64,000 nucleotides of DNA from Vulcanimicrobiota bacterium (lineage in GTDB: Bacteria > Vulcanimicrobiota > Vulcanimicrobiia > Vulcanimicrobiales > Vulcanimicrobiaceae), in NCBI GenBank assembly GCA_963812155.1, contig CAWETW010000002.1:288001-352000 (forward strand), in the 5' to 3' direction. The first letter of the stretch is position 1; each line of letters begins with the position of its first letter. A program made the translations under genes and the position numbers. Under the pieces are notes generated by a model. The model searched no databases. It was not told the DNA's origin and was given only the letters and a program-made list of their open reading frames with translations. Shown here piece by piece: positions 1 to 8,602 of the stretch.

Positions 1-102
1 AGCGGGAAGAATCTCCTCGCCGTCGAGCGCCATGACGGCACGCGCGCGCGCAATGCCTTCCGCGTACGTCTGCGCCGGATCGGCGGCTGGAAATGCGACC
101 AC
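1..102 (-). CDS. Partial CDS (N-terminus only, runs off the window); possibly an alpha/beta-hydrolase paralog of 688..1656
   Basis: Open frame read by hand from GTG at 102: VVAFPAADPAQTYAEGIARARAVMALDGEEILPA. It diverges from tag; too little sequence to assign a family firmly. Confidence 0.3.
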   Translation of the reverse strand, partial: MVAFPAADPAQTYAEGIARARAVMALDGEEILPA

Positions 103-143
103 GCGGGGGCGTTGGCGCGCCCGCGCGAATCGACCTTTCGACC

Positions 144-710
144 ATGGCACGACGAATCACGCCCAACCTACGGTGCTCGTGGGCGACGAGCGAACTTTCG
201 ATTCCCTATCACGACCGCGAGTGGGGCCGCCCGGTTCACGACGACCGGCGGCTCTTCGAGATGTTGACGCTCGAGGGCGCGCAGGCAGGGTTGAGTTGGG
301 AAACGATCTTGCGCAAACGCGAGCGGTACCGTCGCGTCTTCCACGATTTCGATCCTGCGCGAGTTGCAAGAATGCGGCCTGCCTCGGTGGAGCGTATTCT
401 CGGCGACCCTGGCGTCGTGCGCAATCGCGCTAAGATCGAATCGGTCGTTTCTAATGCGAAGGCATTCGTCGCAGTGCAACGCGAATTCGGCTCGTTCGAT
501 GCATTTATCTGGCAGTTCACCGGCGGCAAGCCGCGCGCCGAAACGCGCCGCAGCCGGGACGAGTTACCTGCGGCGACTCCGCAGTCGGAAGCCATGAGCG
601 CGGCCTTGCGCGCACGCGGCTTTCGGTTCGTCGGGCCGACGATCTGTTACGCGTTCATGCAAGCCGTCGGCATGGTGAACGACCACCTCACGACGTGTCC
701 GTGGCGGTAG
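144..710 (+). CDS. tag: DNA-3-methyladenine glycosylase I
   Basis: Motifs YHDREWGRP, LFEMLTLEGAQAGLSW, VVRNRAKI, GFRFVGPTICYAFMQAVGMVNDH..C. Start placed at ATG 144. Confidence 0.95.
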   Translation: MARRITPNLRCSWATSELSIPYHDREWGRPVHDDRRLFEMLTLEGAQAGLSWETILRKRERYRRVFHDFDPARVARMRPASVERILGDPGVVRNRAKIESVVSNAKAFVAVQREFGSFDAFIWQFTGGKPRAETRRSRDELPAATPQSEAMSAALRARGFRFVGPTICYAFMQAVGMVNDHLTTCPWR

Positions 711-1656
711 CAGCCCCAGCCACGGGATCGATCGCCGACAAAATTTCCGGATAGACGCGATCCGCGAGCCCTCCGCGGCGCAGCGGTTCGATGATGTCGT
801 GCGACAACGGCAGGCCCCCGAGCGCGCGCACCTCGACGCAGCCCGGCCGATGCGCTTGCCAGCGCGCGTACAGCCGCCGGATCGCGCGGTTGTTCACGCC
901 GGACTCGCGCGCGTTGACGACGAGCACGGCGTGCCGAGCCAACGGCTCGCCGGCTGCCGCTTCGTCCAGCACGGTGCGCGCCACGCGATACGCGTGTGCG
1001 AGCGCGTGCGTCGAGTAGCGCGGATAGCCGTGCTCGGGCATCTGGCGCTCGCGCACGATTGGATCCCACCAGTGGAAGCGGTTGGGAACGTGCAGCAGCA
1101 ATTCGGCGAGCGCCGTCATCAGTCGCGCCGGAATCCATGCCACGCCGAGGAACGGCGCGATCGCCACGCAACGGTCGATCTCGTAATGCTGCGCGCTCCA
1201 TGCGGCCAGCAAACCGCCCAGCGAGAAGCCCGCAATCGTCACCCGGTCGCCGAGTTCGCGCGCGATGGAGACGTAATCGCCGGCGGCGACGTAGAGTTCG
1301 TCGGGGCGCAGACGGGCCAGCGCCGTCGACAGACGATCGGCGTGACCGTGATGCGGTAAGCGTGGAACGAGGACGTTGTGTCCGCGCGCGTAGAGATCGC
1401 GCGCATACCGATCGAACTGTGCCGGACTCGAGCTCATGCCGTGCAGCAACACGACCGCACGCGGCCGGCGCCCTTCATGCAGGTGCGCGATGGTGCGGCC
1501 TTTTTCGCCGACGCGAGCATGATCGCGGGCCAAGAGCCGGTCGAGACTCGTCCAAGAGGTTCCCAAGGGATGCGTCCTTAAGTCAGCCCGTGAAGTGTTC
1601 CTCGAACGCGGGCCGGCTGCGCCCCCGCGGTCCCGCTCCTCGAGCGGTAAACACAC
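688..1656 (-). CDS. Alpha/beta-fold hydrolase (carboxylesterase/lysophospholipase-like); true start probably downstream of 1656
   Basis: VVLLHG oxyanion motif, PRLPHHG, nucleophile elbow GFSLGG, C-terminal SHD. Confidence 0.8.
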   Translation of the reverse strand: MCLPLEERDRGGAAGPRSRNTSRADLRTHPLGTSWTSLDRLLARDHARVGEKGRTIAHLHEGRRPRAVVLLHGMSSSPAQFDRYARDLYARGHNVLVPRLPHHGHADRLSTALARLRPDELYVAAGDYVSIARELGDRVTIAGFSLGGLLAAWSAQHYEIDRCVAIAPFLGVAWIPARLMTALAELLLHVPNRFHWWDPIVRERQMPEHGYPRYSTHALAHAYRVARTVLDEAAAGEPLARHAVLVVNARESGVNNRAIRRLYARWQAHRPGCVEVRALGGLPLSHDIIEPLRRGGLADRVYPEILSAIDPVAGAATATDTS

Positions 1657-1676
1657 GCGGCGCTTTGTGGAATTCG

Positions 1677-2888
1677 ATGCCGATACTTTCGGAACGCGCC
1701 CGCGATCTCGTCGCCGCCGAAGAACGCTACGGCGCTCACAACTATCATCCGCTCGACCTCATCGTCGATCGCGCGGAGGGCGTGTGGTTATGGGACGTCG
1801 ACGGAAAGAAGTACCTCGACTGCATCAGCGCCTACTCCGCGGTCAATCAGGGACATTGCCATCCGCGCATCGCGGCGGCGCTGCTGGAACAATCGAAAAA
1901 AGTCACGCTGACGTCGCGCGCGATGCGCAACGACCGGATGCCGGGATTTCTCGAGAAACTGACGCGCGTCTGCGGATTCGAGATGGCCCTTCCGACGAAC
2001 ACCGGCGTCGAGGCGGTCGAAACCGGCATCAAGCTCGCGCGCCGCTGGGGATATGAGGTCAAAGGCATTCGGGAAAACGCCGCTGAGATCGTCGTGTTCT
2101 CCGACAACTTCCACGGGCGCACGATATCGGCGATCAGCGCAAGTTCGACGCCGGAGTATCGCAAGGATTTCGGACCGTTCGTTCCAGGTTTCGTATGCGT
2201 TCCGTTCGGCGACGCCGACGCTCTCGAGCGAGCGCTGACGCCCGAAACCTGCGCTATTCTGATCGAGCCGATTCAAGGCGAAGGCGGCGTCAACGTCCCG
2301 CCCGACGGATACCTCAAGCGCGCGTGGGCGCTCTGCCGCGAACATCGCGCGCTCTTCATTGCCGACGAGATTCAGACCGGATTCGGCCGCACGGGCGACT
2401 TGTTCGCGTGCGACTACGACGGCATCAAACCCGACGTACTGCTCGTCGGCAAAGCGCTGGGCGGCGGCTACTATCCCGTCTCCGCAACGCTCGCCGATGC
2501 TTCGCTGATGCGGTTGTTTCGTCCGGGCGAGCACGGCAGCACCTTCGGCGGCAATCCGCTCGGATGCGCCGTCGCCGAAGCCGCACTCGACGTGCTCGTC
2601 GACGAGAACCTCGCGTCGCGCGCGCGCTACGCCGGCGCGAAGATCATGCAGGGTCTGCGCGCGATCGGTTCGCCGCTCGTCACGGAGCTTCGCGGGCGCG
2701 GGCTGCTGATCGGCATCCAACTGACCGTTCCGGCACGCCGGGTGTCCGAAGCGCTGCTCGAGCGCGGCGTCGCCGCGAAAGATACGCACGAGATGGTGCT
2801 GCGAATCGCGCCGCCACTGGTGATCGACGACGCGGCAATCGATTACTTCCTCGAACGGTTCCGCGACGCCATCAAAAGCGTCGCGTAA
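1677..2888 (+). CDS. rocD: Ornithine--oxo-acid aminotransferase (class III PLP)
   Basis: YGAHNYHPL, DCISAYSAVNQGHCHP, EPIQGEGG, DEIQTGFGRTG, PLP lysine in VGKALGGG, HGSTFGGNPL. Confidence 0.93.
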   Translation: MPILSERARDLVAAEERYGAHNYHPLDLIVDRAEGVWLWDVDGKKYLDCISAYSAVNQGHCHPRIAAALLEQSKKVTLTSRAMRNDRMPGFLEKLTRVCGFEMALPTNTGVEAVETGIKLARRWGYEVKGIRENAAEIVVFSDNFHGRTISAISASSTPEYRKDFGPFVPGFVCVPFGDADALERALTPETCAILIEPIQGEGGVNVPPDGYLKRAWALCREHRALFIADEIQTGFGRTGDLFACDYDGIKPDVLLVGKALGGGYYPVSATLADASLMRLFRPGEHGSTFGGNPLGCAVAEAALDVLVDENLASRARYAGAKIMQGLRAIGSPLVTELRGRGLLIGIQLTVPARRVSEALLERGVAAKDTHEMVLRIAPPLVIDDAAIDYFLERFRDAIKSVA

Positions 2889-2899
2889 TCTCGGGCCCG

Positions 2900-4765
2900 C
2901 TACTTCGACAGCGGAGCGATCACCTCCGACAGGCGATCCGGCGTGCCGTCGATTCGAACGAGATGCGGATAGCGCGGTCCGCCACCGTATGCAATCGAGA
3001 TCGTGCGGTAGACGTCGCCGTGCTGCACGAGCAGCGCAATCGGCTGCTGATTGCGAGAGGCCGCCTCAAGTGCGTCGTACAGCAAATCGCTCGAATAACT
3101 GCGGCCGTTGACGGCGACGAGTTTCGTATCGATGCCTAAGCTCGCATTCCACGCCGGCGAACCCGCGCGCACGTCCGCGACGGTACCGGCAGTCGCGGAG
3201 AAACCGAGCGAATACCAAAAATTGTCTTTATGCACCCAGTGCGAGGGTTGGTTGGTGTAGACGAGCCGCCACCCGTCTGCAGTGAATCCATCGGGCGGAT
3301 GAATCGCGATCTCGTCGATCCACGTGCGGAAGAATGCGTTCCAGTCGTAGGGGACGATCGCGTTGAGTGCGGCGACGACGTCGGGCCGATCGTAGGTTAC
3401 GACCGACGGACCGGTATCGTTGCCCCCGAAGAAGGCTCGCGCAAGCGTGTCGAGCGACTCGCGATCGCCGGTCTGCGCGCGAACGATCGAGTCGGCCTTC
3501 AGCCACATGAGTTCCGACTCTGAATAAAAGTCCGCGCCGCGGCGCTCGGCGCCGTATCCGCGCGGCGCCAAATAGATAAACGGTCCGGACACGGCCGTGT
3601 CGCCGAGCGTGCGCCAACGACGCCCCGGCTGATTGTCGTACGATGCATAAACGGCGGCGATGTGATCGGGATACGTGTAAGGTTTGCGAATCCCGTCGCG
3701 CCACGACATCACGTTGCCGTAGTACTGCGTCATCCCTTCGTAGACCCACAGCAGCGAGTCGTCGTAGGGCAGCTGCAAGTTCGATTGATAGAGACCGGCG
3801 GGCATGCGGTACTTGCCGTCCCACGAATGATTGAACTCGTGCGATAAGAGATCGGCGCCCCGGTCGAGCGATTCCGGATTGGTGAGATAGTCGCCGCCCG
3901 CGCCGTCGTCGCTCGATTCGTGATGCTCGATGCCCTCGCCGGGCATCGCATCGGAGAGGGTGAGCAGGAAGTTGTAATTGCGCCAATGGCGCGCGCCGTA
4001 CATTGCCAGCATTTCGCGCACGAGTTTTGCGTACGCTCCGACGGTGGCGGGCGGCACGGCGAGTTCCTCGGGCGTGTCCGCAAAGGCGTTGAGATACGCC
4101 GCCGCGCCGCCGTCGTTCCACAACAGCCATCGCTTGTAGTTCACGCCGGCGTCGAGCGGTGAATCGATCAAATGCTCGAGCGAGACGTCGTCGAAAGACA
4201 CGAAGTTCCCGTTGCGCCGCGCTCCCGTCAACGCGGTTGCGAACTGCCAGTCTTCGGCGGGCAGCAGAATCGACGGTTTGAAGAGGCTGTTCGAGATCGT
4301 GCCGGTCGACGGATAGAGCAAGTTTTGGTGCCACGTCATGACGAGCATGTTGGGCGTCGCGAGCCGGGCCGTCGAATAGCGGCCGAACGTCGCGCCGATG
4401 TATGCCGCCGCCACCTCAATTGACGACGCGCCGGCCGGAACGTCGACGTCGAAGGCGTAGAGGTCGCGCGGCTCGCGATGCCATACGAGCGGCGCACCGT
4501 TGGCGGAGATCGTCAAGCCGACGAAATTGGCGATCGGACCGGCCGGCATGTGCTCCCCGGGAATCCATTGCGGATAGTAGAGGACGAGCTTTCCGGGCGA
4601 AACCGGGATCGTTTCGCGGGTGAACACGACGTTTTGGGACGGAGCCTTGGATGCGTCGACCTGGAGAACGATCGGCGTTTCGGCGCGGGCGATCCCGCAG
4701 CACGCGACGGAAAAAACCAGGGCCGCGACGCCGGCGAGCCCGTGGCACGACCTTCGACCCGGCAT
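2900..4765 (-). CDS. Secreted M61-family (glycyl aminopeptidase-like) metallopeptidase with C-terminal PDZ-like domain
   Basis: Signal peptide, PQWIPGEH, LIDSPL, GIEHHES, zinc motif HEFNHSW, LWVYEGMTQYY, PDZ-like GSPAW..VAVNGR. Confidence 0.88.
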   Translation of the reverse strand: MPGRRSCHGLAGVAALVFSVACCGIARAETPIVLQVDASKAPSQNVVFTRETIPVSPGKLVLYYPQWIPGEHMPAGPIANFVGLTISANGAPLVWHREPRDLYAFDVDVPAGASSIEVAAAYIGATFGRYSTARLATPNMLVMTWHQNLLYPSTGTISNSLFKPSILLPAEDWQFATALTGARRNGNFVSFDDVSLEHLIDSPLDAGVNYKRWLLWNDGGAAAYLNAFADTPEELAVPPATVGAYAKLVREMLAMYGARHWRNYNFLLTLSDAMPGEGIEHHESSDDGAGGDYLTNPESLDRGADLLSHEFNHSWDGKYRMPAGLYQSNLQLPYDDSLLWVYEGMTQYYGNVMSWRDGIRKPYTYPDHIAAVYASYDNQPGRRWRTLGDTAVSGPFIYLAPRGYGAERRGADFYSESELMWLKADSIVRAQTGDRESLDTLARAFFGGNDTGPSVVTYDRPDVVAALNAIVPYDWNAFFRTWIDEIAIHPPDGFTADGWRLVYTNQPSHWVHKDNFWYSLGFSATAGTVADVRAGSPAWNASLGIDTKLVAVNGRSYSSDLLYDALEAASRNQQPIALLVQHGDVYRTISIAYGGGPRYPHLVRIDGTPDRLSEVIAPLSK

Positions 4766-4788
4766 GCAGCCGTCATATAAGAAGCGCC

Positions 4789-4819
4789 TTGACATTCCCC
4801 CTGCCGCCCGTGATATGCT
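4789..4819 (+). promoter_or_regulatory. Probable sigma70 promoter of infC-rpmI-rplT
   Basis: TTGACA at 4789-4794 and extended -10 TGaTATGCT at 4811-4819; the 19-nt spacer is slightly long. Confidence 0.55.
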
Positions 4820-4827
4820 CGGCGGGC

Positions 4828-4956
4828 CGAAGAAGCGACCCCAGGCTGCGAAGCTTGCGAACGCTCACCGGATGCCTGCGGGCGATCCGGTCTTCACTCG
4901 AGGAGCCGTCGGCCGGTTCCGCACGGTGGGGCTGCTCCGGCGGCGCCATTTTTTTC
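4828..4956 (+). ncRNA. L20-leader-like ribosomal protein autoregulatory RNA
   Basis: Upstream of infC-rpmI-rplT. AGAAGCGACCCC and CTCACCGGAT resemble Firmicute L20-leader motifs; AGCGACCCC can pair with GGGGCTGCT; ends in a U-tract at about 4949-4955. Confidence 0.55.
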
Positions 4957-5079
4957 TTTCTGGGGTTTTTGGGGACCCGCGAAGCGGGGGCGCGCAGCGC
5001 GAAGCGCGGAGCGCTTTCAAACTTAAGGGGCCCCCAAAGAACGAAGTTTTTTGGGGAGATATTTTTTGGGAGAGACGTC

Positions 5080-5667
5080 ATAGCACGACCGCTCCGCGTC
5101 AACGATCAGATTCGCATTCGATCGGTTCGGGTGATCGACGAAAACGGCGAACAACTGGGAATCTTGCCGACTGAAGACGCGCTCGCGCGCGCCCGCACGG
5201 CCGGCCTCGACCTCATCGAAGTTTCGCCGACGGCGCAGCCGCCCGTATGCAAGATCGCAGACTACGGCCGGCTCAAGTACGAGCAGTCCAAAAAAGACAA
5301 GGACGCTCGTAAGAAACAACGCCACTTCGAATTGAAAGAAGTCAAGTTGCGTCCGAAAATCGAGACGCACGACTACGAGACGAAGGCGCGCATGGCCGAG
5401 CGGTTGCTGATCGACGGCAGCAAGATCAAGGTAACGATCATGTTTCGCGGACGAGAGATCACGTACGCGTCGTTCGGGCGGCGGCTGCTCGATCGAATGG
5501 CCGAAGACATGATACCGCTGGCCACGATCGAGCGCGAGCCGAGACTCGAAGGAAGAAACATGTTCATGATTTTGGCGCCCCGTGCTACGCCGACCGGTCC
5601 GCCGAAATTCAGCCACACCGCACCAAAATTGGAGGAAAGCACCAGTGCCCAAAATTCGAACGCATAG
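5080..5667 (+). CDS. infC: Translation initiation factor IF-3, non-canonical ATA start
   Basis: RVNDQIR..VRVIDENGEQLG, PPVCKIADYG, KEVKLRPKI. No ATG/GTG/TTG at the expected N-terminus; ATA at 5080 follows SD-like GGGAGAG. Confidence 0.95.
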   Translation: MARPLRVNDQIRIRSVRVIDENGEQLGILPTEDALARARTAGLDLIEVSPTAQPPVCKIADYGRLKYEQSKKDKDARKKQRHFELKEVKLRPKIETHDYETKARMAERLLIDGSKIKVTIMFRGREITYASFGRRLLDRMAEDMIPLATIEREPRLEGRNMFMILAPRATPTGPPKFSHTAPKLEESTSAQNSNA

Positions 5668-5851
5668 AGGTACCGCCAAGCGCGTCAAAGTGAGCGCGAC
5701 GGGCAAGGTGCAGCATCGCCACCAATTCAGCGGCTGCGGCCATATCCTGAGCAAGAAGACCCGCAAGCGCAAGCGCAAATTCCGCAAGGATCAGCCGGTT
5801 TTCAAAGGCGACCTCAAGCGCCTGGCCCCCACGATTCCGTACTTGGTCTAG
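5645..5851 (+). CDS. rpmI: 50S ribosomal protein L35
   Basis: (M)PKIRTHRGTAKRVKVSATGKV..HILSKK; GTG start after GGAGG. Confidence 0.95.
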   Translation: MPKIRTHRGTAKRVKVSATGKVQHRHQFSGCGHILSKKTRKRKRKFRKDQPVFKGDLKRLAPTIPYLV

Positions 5852-5869
5852 CGAGGAGAACACCGAACG

Positions 5870-6229
5870 ATGGCACGCATCAAGCGCGGGGTCCACGGCC
5901 TCAAGCACCGCCGCAAAGTCATGAAGCTCGTCAAGGGCTTCCGCGCGGCTCGTGGACGCAACTACCGGGTCGCCAACGAGGCGCTTCTCAAATCGCTCGC
6001 ATATGCGTTTCGCGACCGTCGCGTTCGCAAGCGCGACTTCCGTTCGCTATGGATCAGCCGCATCAACGCAGCCGTACGCCGCGAAGGGCTTTCCTATTCG
6101 GTCTTCATGAACGGATTGAAAAAATCGGGCGTCAGTTTAAATCGCAAAGCGTTAGCCGAACTCGCAATTTCGGATAACGCGGCGTTCGGCTCGCTCATGA
6201 ACATCGCCAAACAAGCCGTCCGCAAATAG
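5870..6229 (+). CDS. rplT: 50S ribosomal protein L20
   Basis: MARIKRG, YAFRDRRVRKRDFRSLWISRINAA, LNRKALAELA. Confidence 0.98.
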   Translation: MARIKRGVHGLKHRRKVMKLVKGFRAARGRNYRVANEALLKSLAYAFRDRRVRKRDFRSLWISRINAAVRREGLSYSVFMNGLKKSGVSLNRKALAELAISDNAAFGSLMNIAKQAVRK

Positions 6230-6248
6230 AATAAATCTTCGAAGTATA

Positions 6249-6348
6249 TAAGGCTTCCGGTTTTTCCGAATCTAGGAAGCGAGGGCCGAAGTTTGCTACG
6301 GCAAATGAGGCCCGAGCTGACAACGAGTCGGGAAAATCGGGAGCCTTA
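6249..6348 (+). repeat. Dispersed ~100-nt palindromic structured element, copy 1
   Basis: 19-bp outer stem (6251-6269 with 6328-6346) and inner CTAGGAA..GTTTGC-TACG-GCAAAT..GACAACG core shared with 34233-34336. Confidence 0.8.
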
Positions 6349-6633
6349 TTCTTCGCCTTCGGCTAAGCGGCGGCCAGTCGCTTCCACCACCTTGCCGAGC
6401 ATCGTGACGGCTTCGGCGCGTGTGGTATTGCTGAACATGTAGCGCAGGCGTTCGTCGGCATCTTCGACGATCAGCACCGCGCGGCGGCCGGAACGCACGG
6501 AATCAATGAGCGAGTTCAAGTAGGCTTCGTCTTCGGGAGCCAGCGACGACGCTTCGGAATCGCGCGCGTCGAGTAGGCGTTTGAGGACGGCGTCGATATC
6601 GCTCGGTATTTCCACGGCTGCCTCCAAGACCAA
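6346..6633 (-). CDS. Small acidic hypothetical protein
   Basis: 95-aa ORF with protein-like composition filling the gap between the NUDIX gene and rplT. Confidence 0.65.
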   Translation of the reverse strand: MVLEAAVEIPSDIDAVLKRLLDARDSEASSLAPEDEAYLNSLIDSVRSGRRAVLIVEDADERLRYMFSNTTRAEAVTMLGKVVEATGRRLAEGEE

Positions 6634-6687
6634 AAACCCCCGCGTCCGTATGACCGGTGCGCGAGCCGTTCGGGAGACTACGATGCG

Positions 6688-7245
6688 TTAGGGCGGAAAT
6701 CCGCCTTCGAATTCGTCTTTCTGCGAACGCATCCACAACAACCCCAGCACCGTCTTACAATCGGCGATGCCGCCTTCGGCAACCAAGCGCCACGCATCTT
6801 CGCAGGCGAATCGGCGCACCTCGATCCGCTCGTCTTCGTCGAGCGCTTGTTCGCCGGCTTCAAGACGATCGGCGTAGAAAAAATGCATGAGTTCGTCGCA
6901 GAATCCCGGCGTCGAATACAGCGCGAACACGTGTCGAATGCGGCCGGCACGAAACCCCGTTTCCTCGCGAAGTTCGCGCAACGCGCCGGCAGACGGCGCT
7001 TCGCCCGCGTCCGACCGGCCGGCCGGAAGCTCCCACAGCGCGGCGCGTGCCGGATGCCGATATTGGCGCACCAAAACCACTTCGCCGGGTGCAGGCGCGG
7101 CTGCGATCGTGAAGGACGGCCCGTGCTCGACGACGTCGATGCGGTGTTGCGAGCCGTCATCGTATCGTAGCTGGTCGATGCGCACCTTGAAGACCCGGCC
7201 TTCGAAGACGCGCGTCGAGGAGATCGTTTCGGGCAGTTCGCTCAT
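6688..7245 (-). CDS. NUDIX hydrolase (ADP-ribose pyrophosphatase-like)
   Basis: LVRQYRHP, Nudix box ELPAG..GE....ALRELREETG, YSTPGFCDE. Confidence 0.92.
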   Translation of the reverse strand: MSELPETISSTRVFEGRVFKVRIDQLRYDDGSQHRIDVVEHGPSFTIAAAPAPGEVVLVRQYRHPARAALWELPAGRSDAGEAPSAGALRELREETGFRAGRIRHVFALYSTPGFCDELMHFFYADRLEAGEQALDEDERIEVRRFACEDAWRLVAEGGIADCKTVLGLLWMRSQKDEFEGGFPP

Positions 7246-7294
7246 CGCAACCGGGTTGGCGGGACCGTTCGCGCCCGCCTCGTATCATCTGTGC

Positions 7295-7501
7295 GTGCCG
7301 GCACCCCGTTCGTCCGTGCTCGTCGAGATCGGCTGGCTGGCGTTTTTCATCGCCGTCTTCGTCGTGCTCGTCTACCTGCTGGTCGGATTGCTGGTGCCGC
7401 ACCATTTCAACGACAAGATCGCGATCGCACTGGCGGCGCTCTTCGCCGGACTCATCATGATCGGTACGCGCGCCTGGGCGACGCGCGTGCAGCGACGGTA
7501 G
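7295..7501 (+). CDS. Small two-TM membrane protein
   Basis: Two hydrophobic helices; TATCAT 6 nt upstream of the GTG; lies directly before the TrmH-family gene. Confidence 0.6.
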   Translation: MPAPRSSVLVEIGWLAFFIAVFVVLVYLLVGLLVPHHFNDKIAIALAALFAGLIMIGTRAWATRVQRR

Positions 7502-7508
7502 CCCGCCG

Positions 7509-8285
7509 TTGCCCGTAGCACTCGGGCGGCACGCGCCCCGCCTCGCGGCCGTACGCGCGCTCAAGACGGTCAAGGGACGGCGCGAGCAGGGCCGTTTCGC
7601 CATCGAAGGCGCGACGCTGCTGGACGAAGCGTTGCGGGCTGGTCTTCCGATCGAAGCCCTGTACGTCACGCCGGCTGCCTACGCCGCGTCGCGGTTCGTC
7701 CGCGAACTCGACGAACGAGGGACGCCGACGTTCGCCATTGACGAGCGCACGGCCGCGGCGCTCTCCGACGTCGAAACGCCAAGCGGCATACTCGCCGTCG
7801 CACCGGTGCGCCGCGAGGAGGTTCTAGCGGTGCTGGGACGCGCGGGCCTGGTGCTCGTGCTCGCGGATCTCAACGACCCGGGCAACGCCGGCACGCTTGT
7901 CCGCTCGGCTGAAGCCTTCGGCGCGGCCGGCGTCGTCTTCGGACGCGCCGGCGTCGACCCGCATCACCCCAAGGTCGTCCGCGCCGCGATGGGCTCGCTC
8001 TTTCGTATGCCCGTGGCCGTCGGCGATGCGGGCGAAATGGGGCGGGCAGCGTCGGCGCTCGACGTTCGAGCGGTGGGGCTCGTCTCGGGCGGGTCGCCGC
8101 TGGAGAGCGGCGCCTGGCCTGCGCGCTGCGCCCTCGTCGTGGGCCACGAGCGCCATGGCCTCGGCGACTGGGCGGCCGCCTGCGACCGTCTGGTGGCGAT
8201 CCCAATGCAGGGTTCGGTCGAAAGCCTCAATGCGGCCGTGGCAGGATCGATCGCACTCTACCAAGCGGCTTCCAGGCAGTCCTGA
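7509..8285 (+). CDS. TrmH/SpoU-family RNA 2'-O-methyltransferase
   Basis: DPGNAGTLVRSAEAFG, KVVRAAMGS, VVGHERHGL, IPMQGSVESLNAAVAGSI. Confidence 0.92.
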   Translation: MPVALGRHAPRLAAVRALKTVKGRREQGRFAIEGATLLDEALRAGLPIEALYVTPAAYAASRFVRELDERGTPTFAIDERTAAALSDVETPSGILAVAPVRREEVLAVLGRAGLVLVLADLNDPGNAGTLVRSAEAFGAAGVVFGRAGVDPHHPKVVRAAMGSLFRMPVAVGDAGEMGRAASALDVRAVGLVSGGSPLESGAWPARCALVVGHERHGLGDWAAACDRLVAIPMQGSVESLNAAVAGSIALYQAASRQS

Positions 8286-8429
8286 GTGGATTTGCAAGCG
8301 GCTTGTCAAGAGAGTGTCTGGGGGCCAAAAAGTCAAGACTACCGGCCCTAAAAGTCACATGCTATACTCTCGGCATTCCTCGAGAACGCCGCCCAGGAGC
8401 CGACGGCTGAGAAGGAGACCGAGCGCGAC

Positions 8430-8528
8430 ATGACCGCCACTTTCTTCTGGAAGCTCTTCGCCCAAACGGGTTCGATCGACGCGTATCTGGCGTACCGAAA
8501 TCTGCATCCGGCATCTCATCCAAGCTGA
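8430..8528 (+). CDS. YqzL-like small protein (32 aa, absent from the ORF track)
   Basis: MTATFFWKLFAQTGSIDAYLAYRNLHPASHPS matches the W-x-x-F-x-x-TG-x-I-D-x-YL-x-Y pattern of YqzL; AAGGAG upstream. Confidence 0.75.
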   Translation: MTATFFWKLFAQTGSIDAYLAYRNLHPASHPS

Positions 8529-8567
8529 AAGCGTCGCCGCGGACGCAAGAAGTCCGAGCCATTTGTG

Positions 8568-8602
8568 AAACGCCCGGCATAGTATGACCACCGGGCGTTT
8601 TT
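8568..8602 (+). terminator. Intrinsic terminator-like hairpin between the yqzL-like gene and pheS
   Basis: AAACGCCCGG...CCGGGCGTTT followed by TT. Confidence 0.55.

Noticed and set aside
8290..8600. T-box riboswitch upstream of pheS
   Set aside because: No recognisable T-box (TGGNACC) antiterminator motif; the region is occupied by the YqzL-like ORF.
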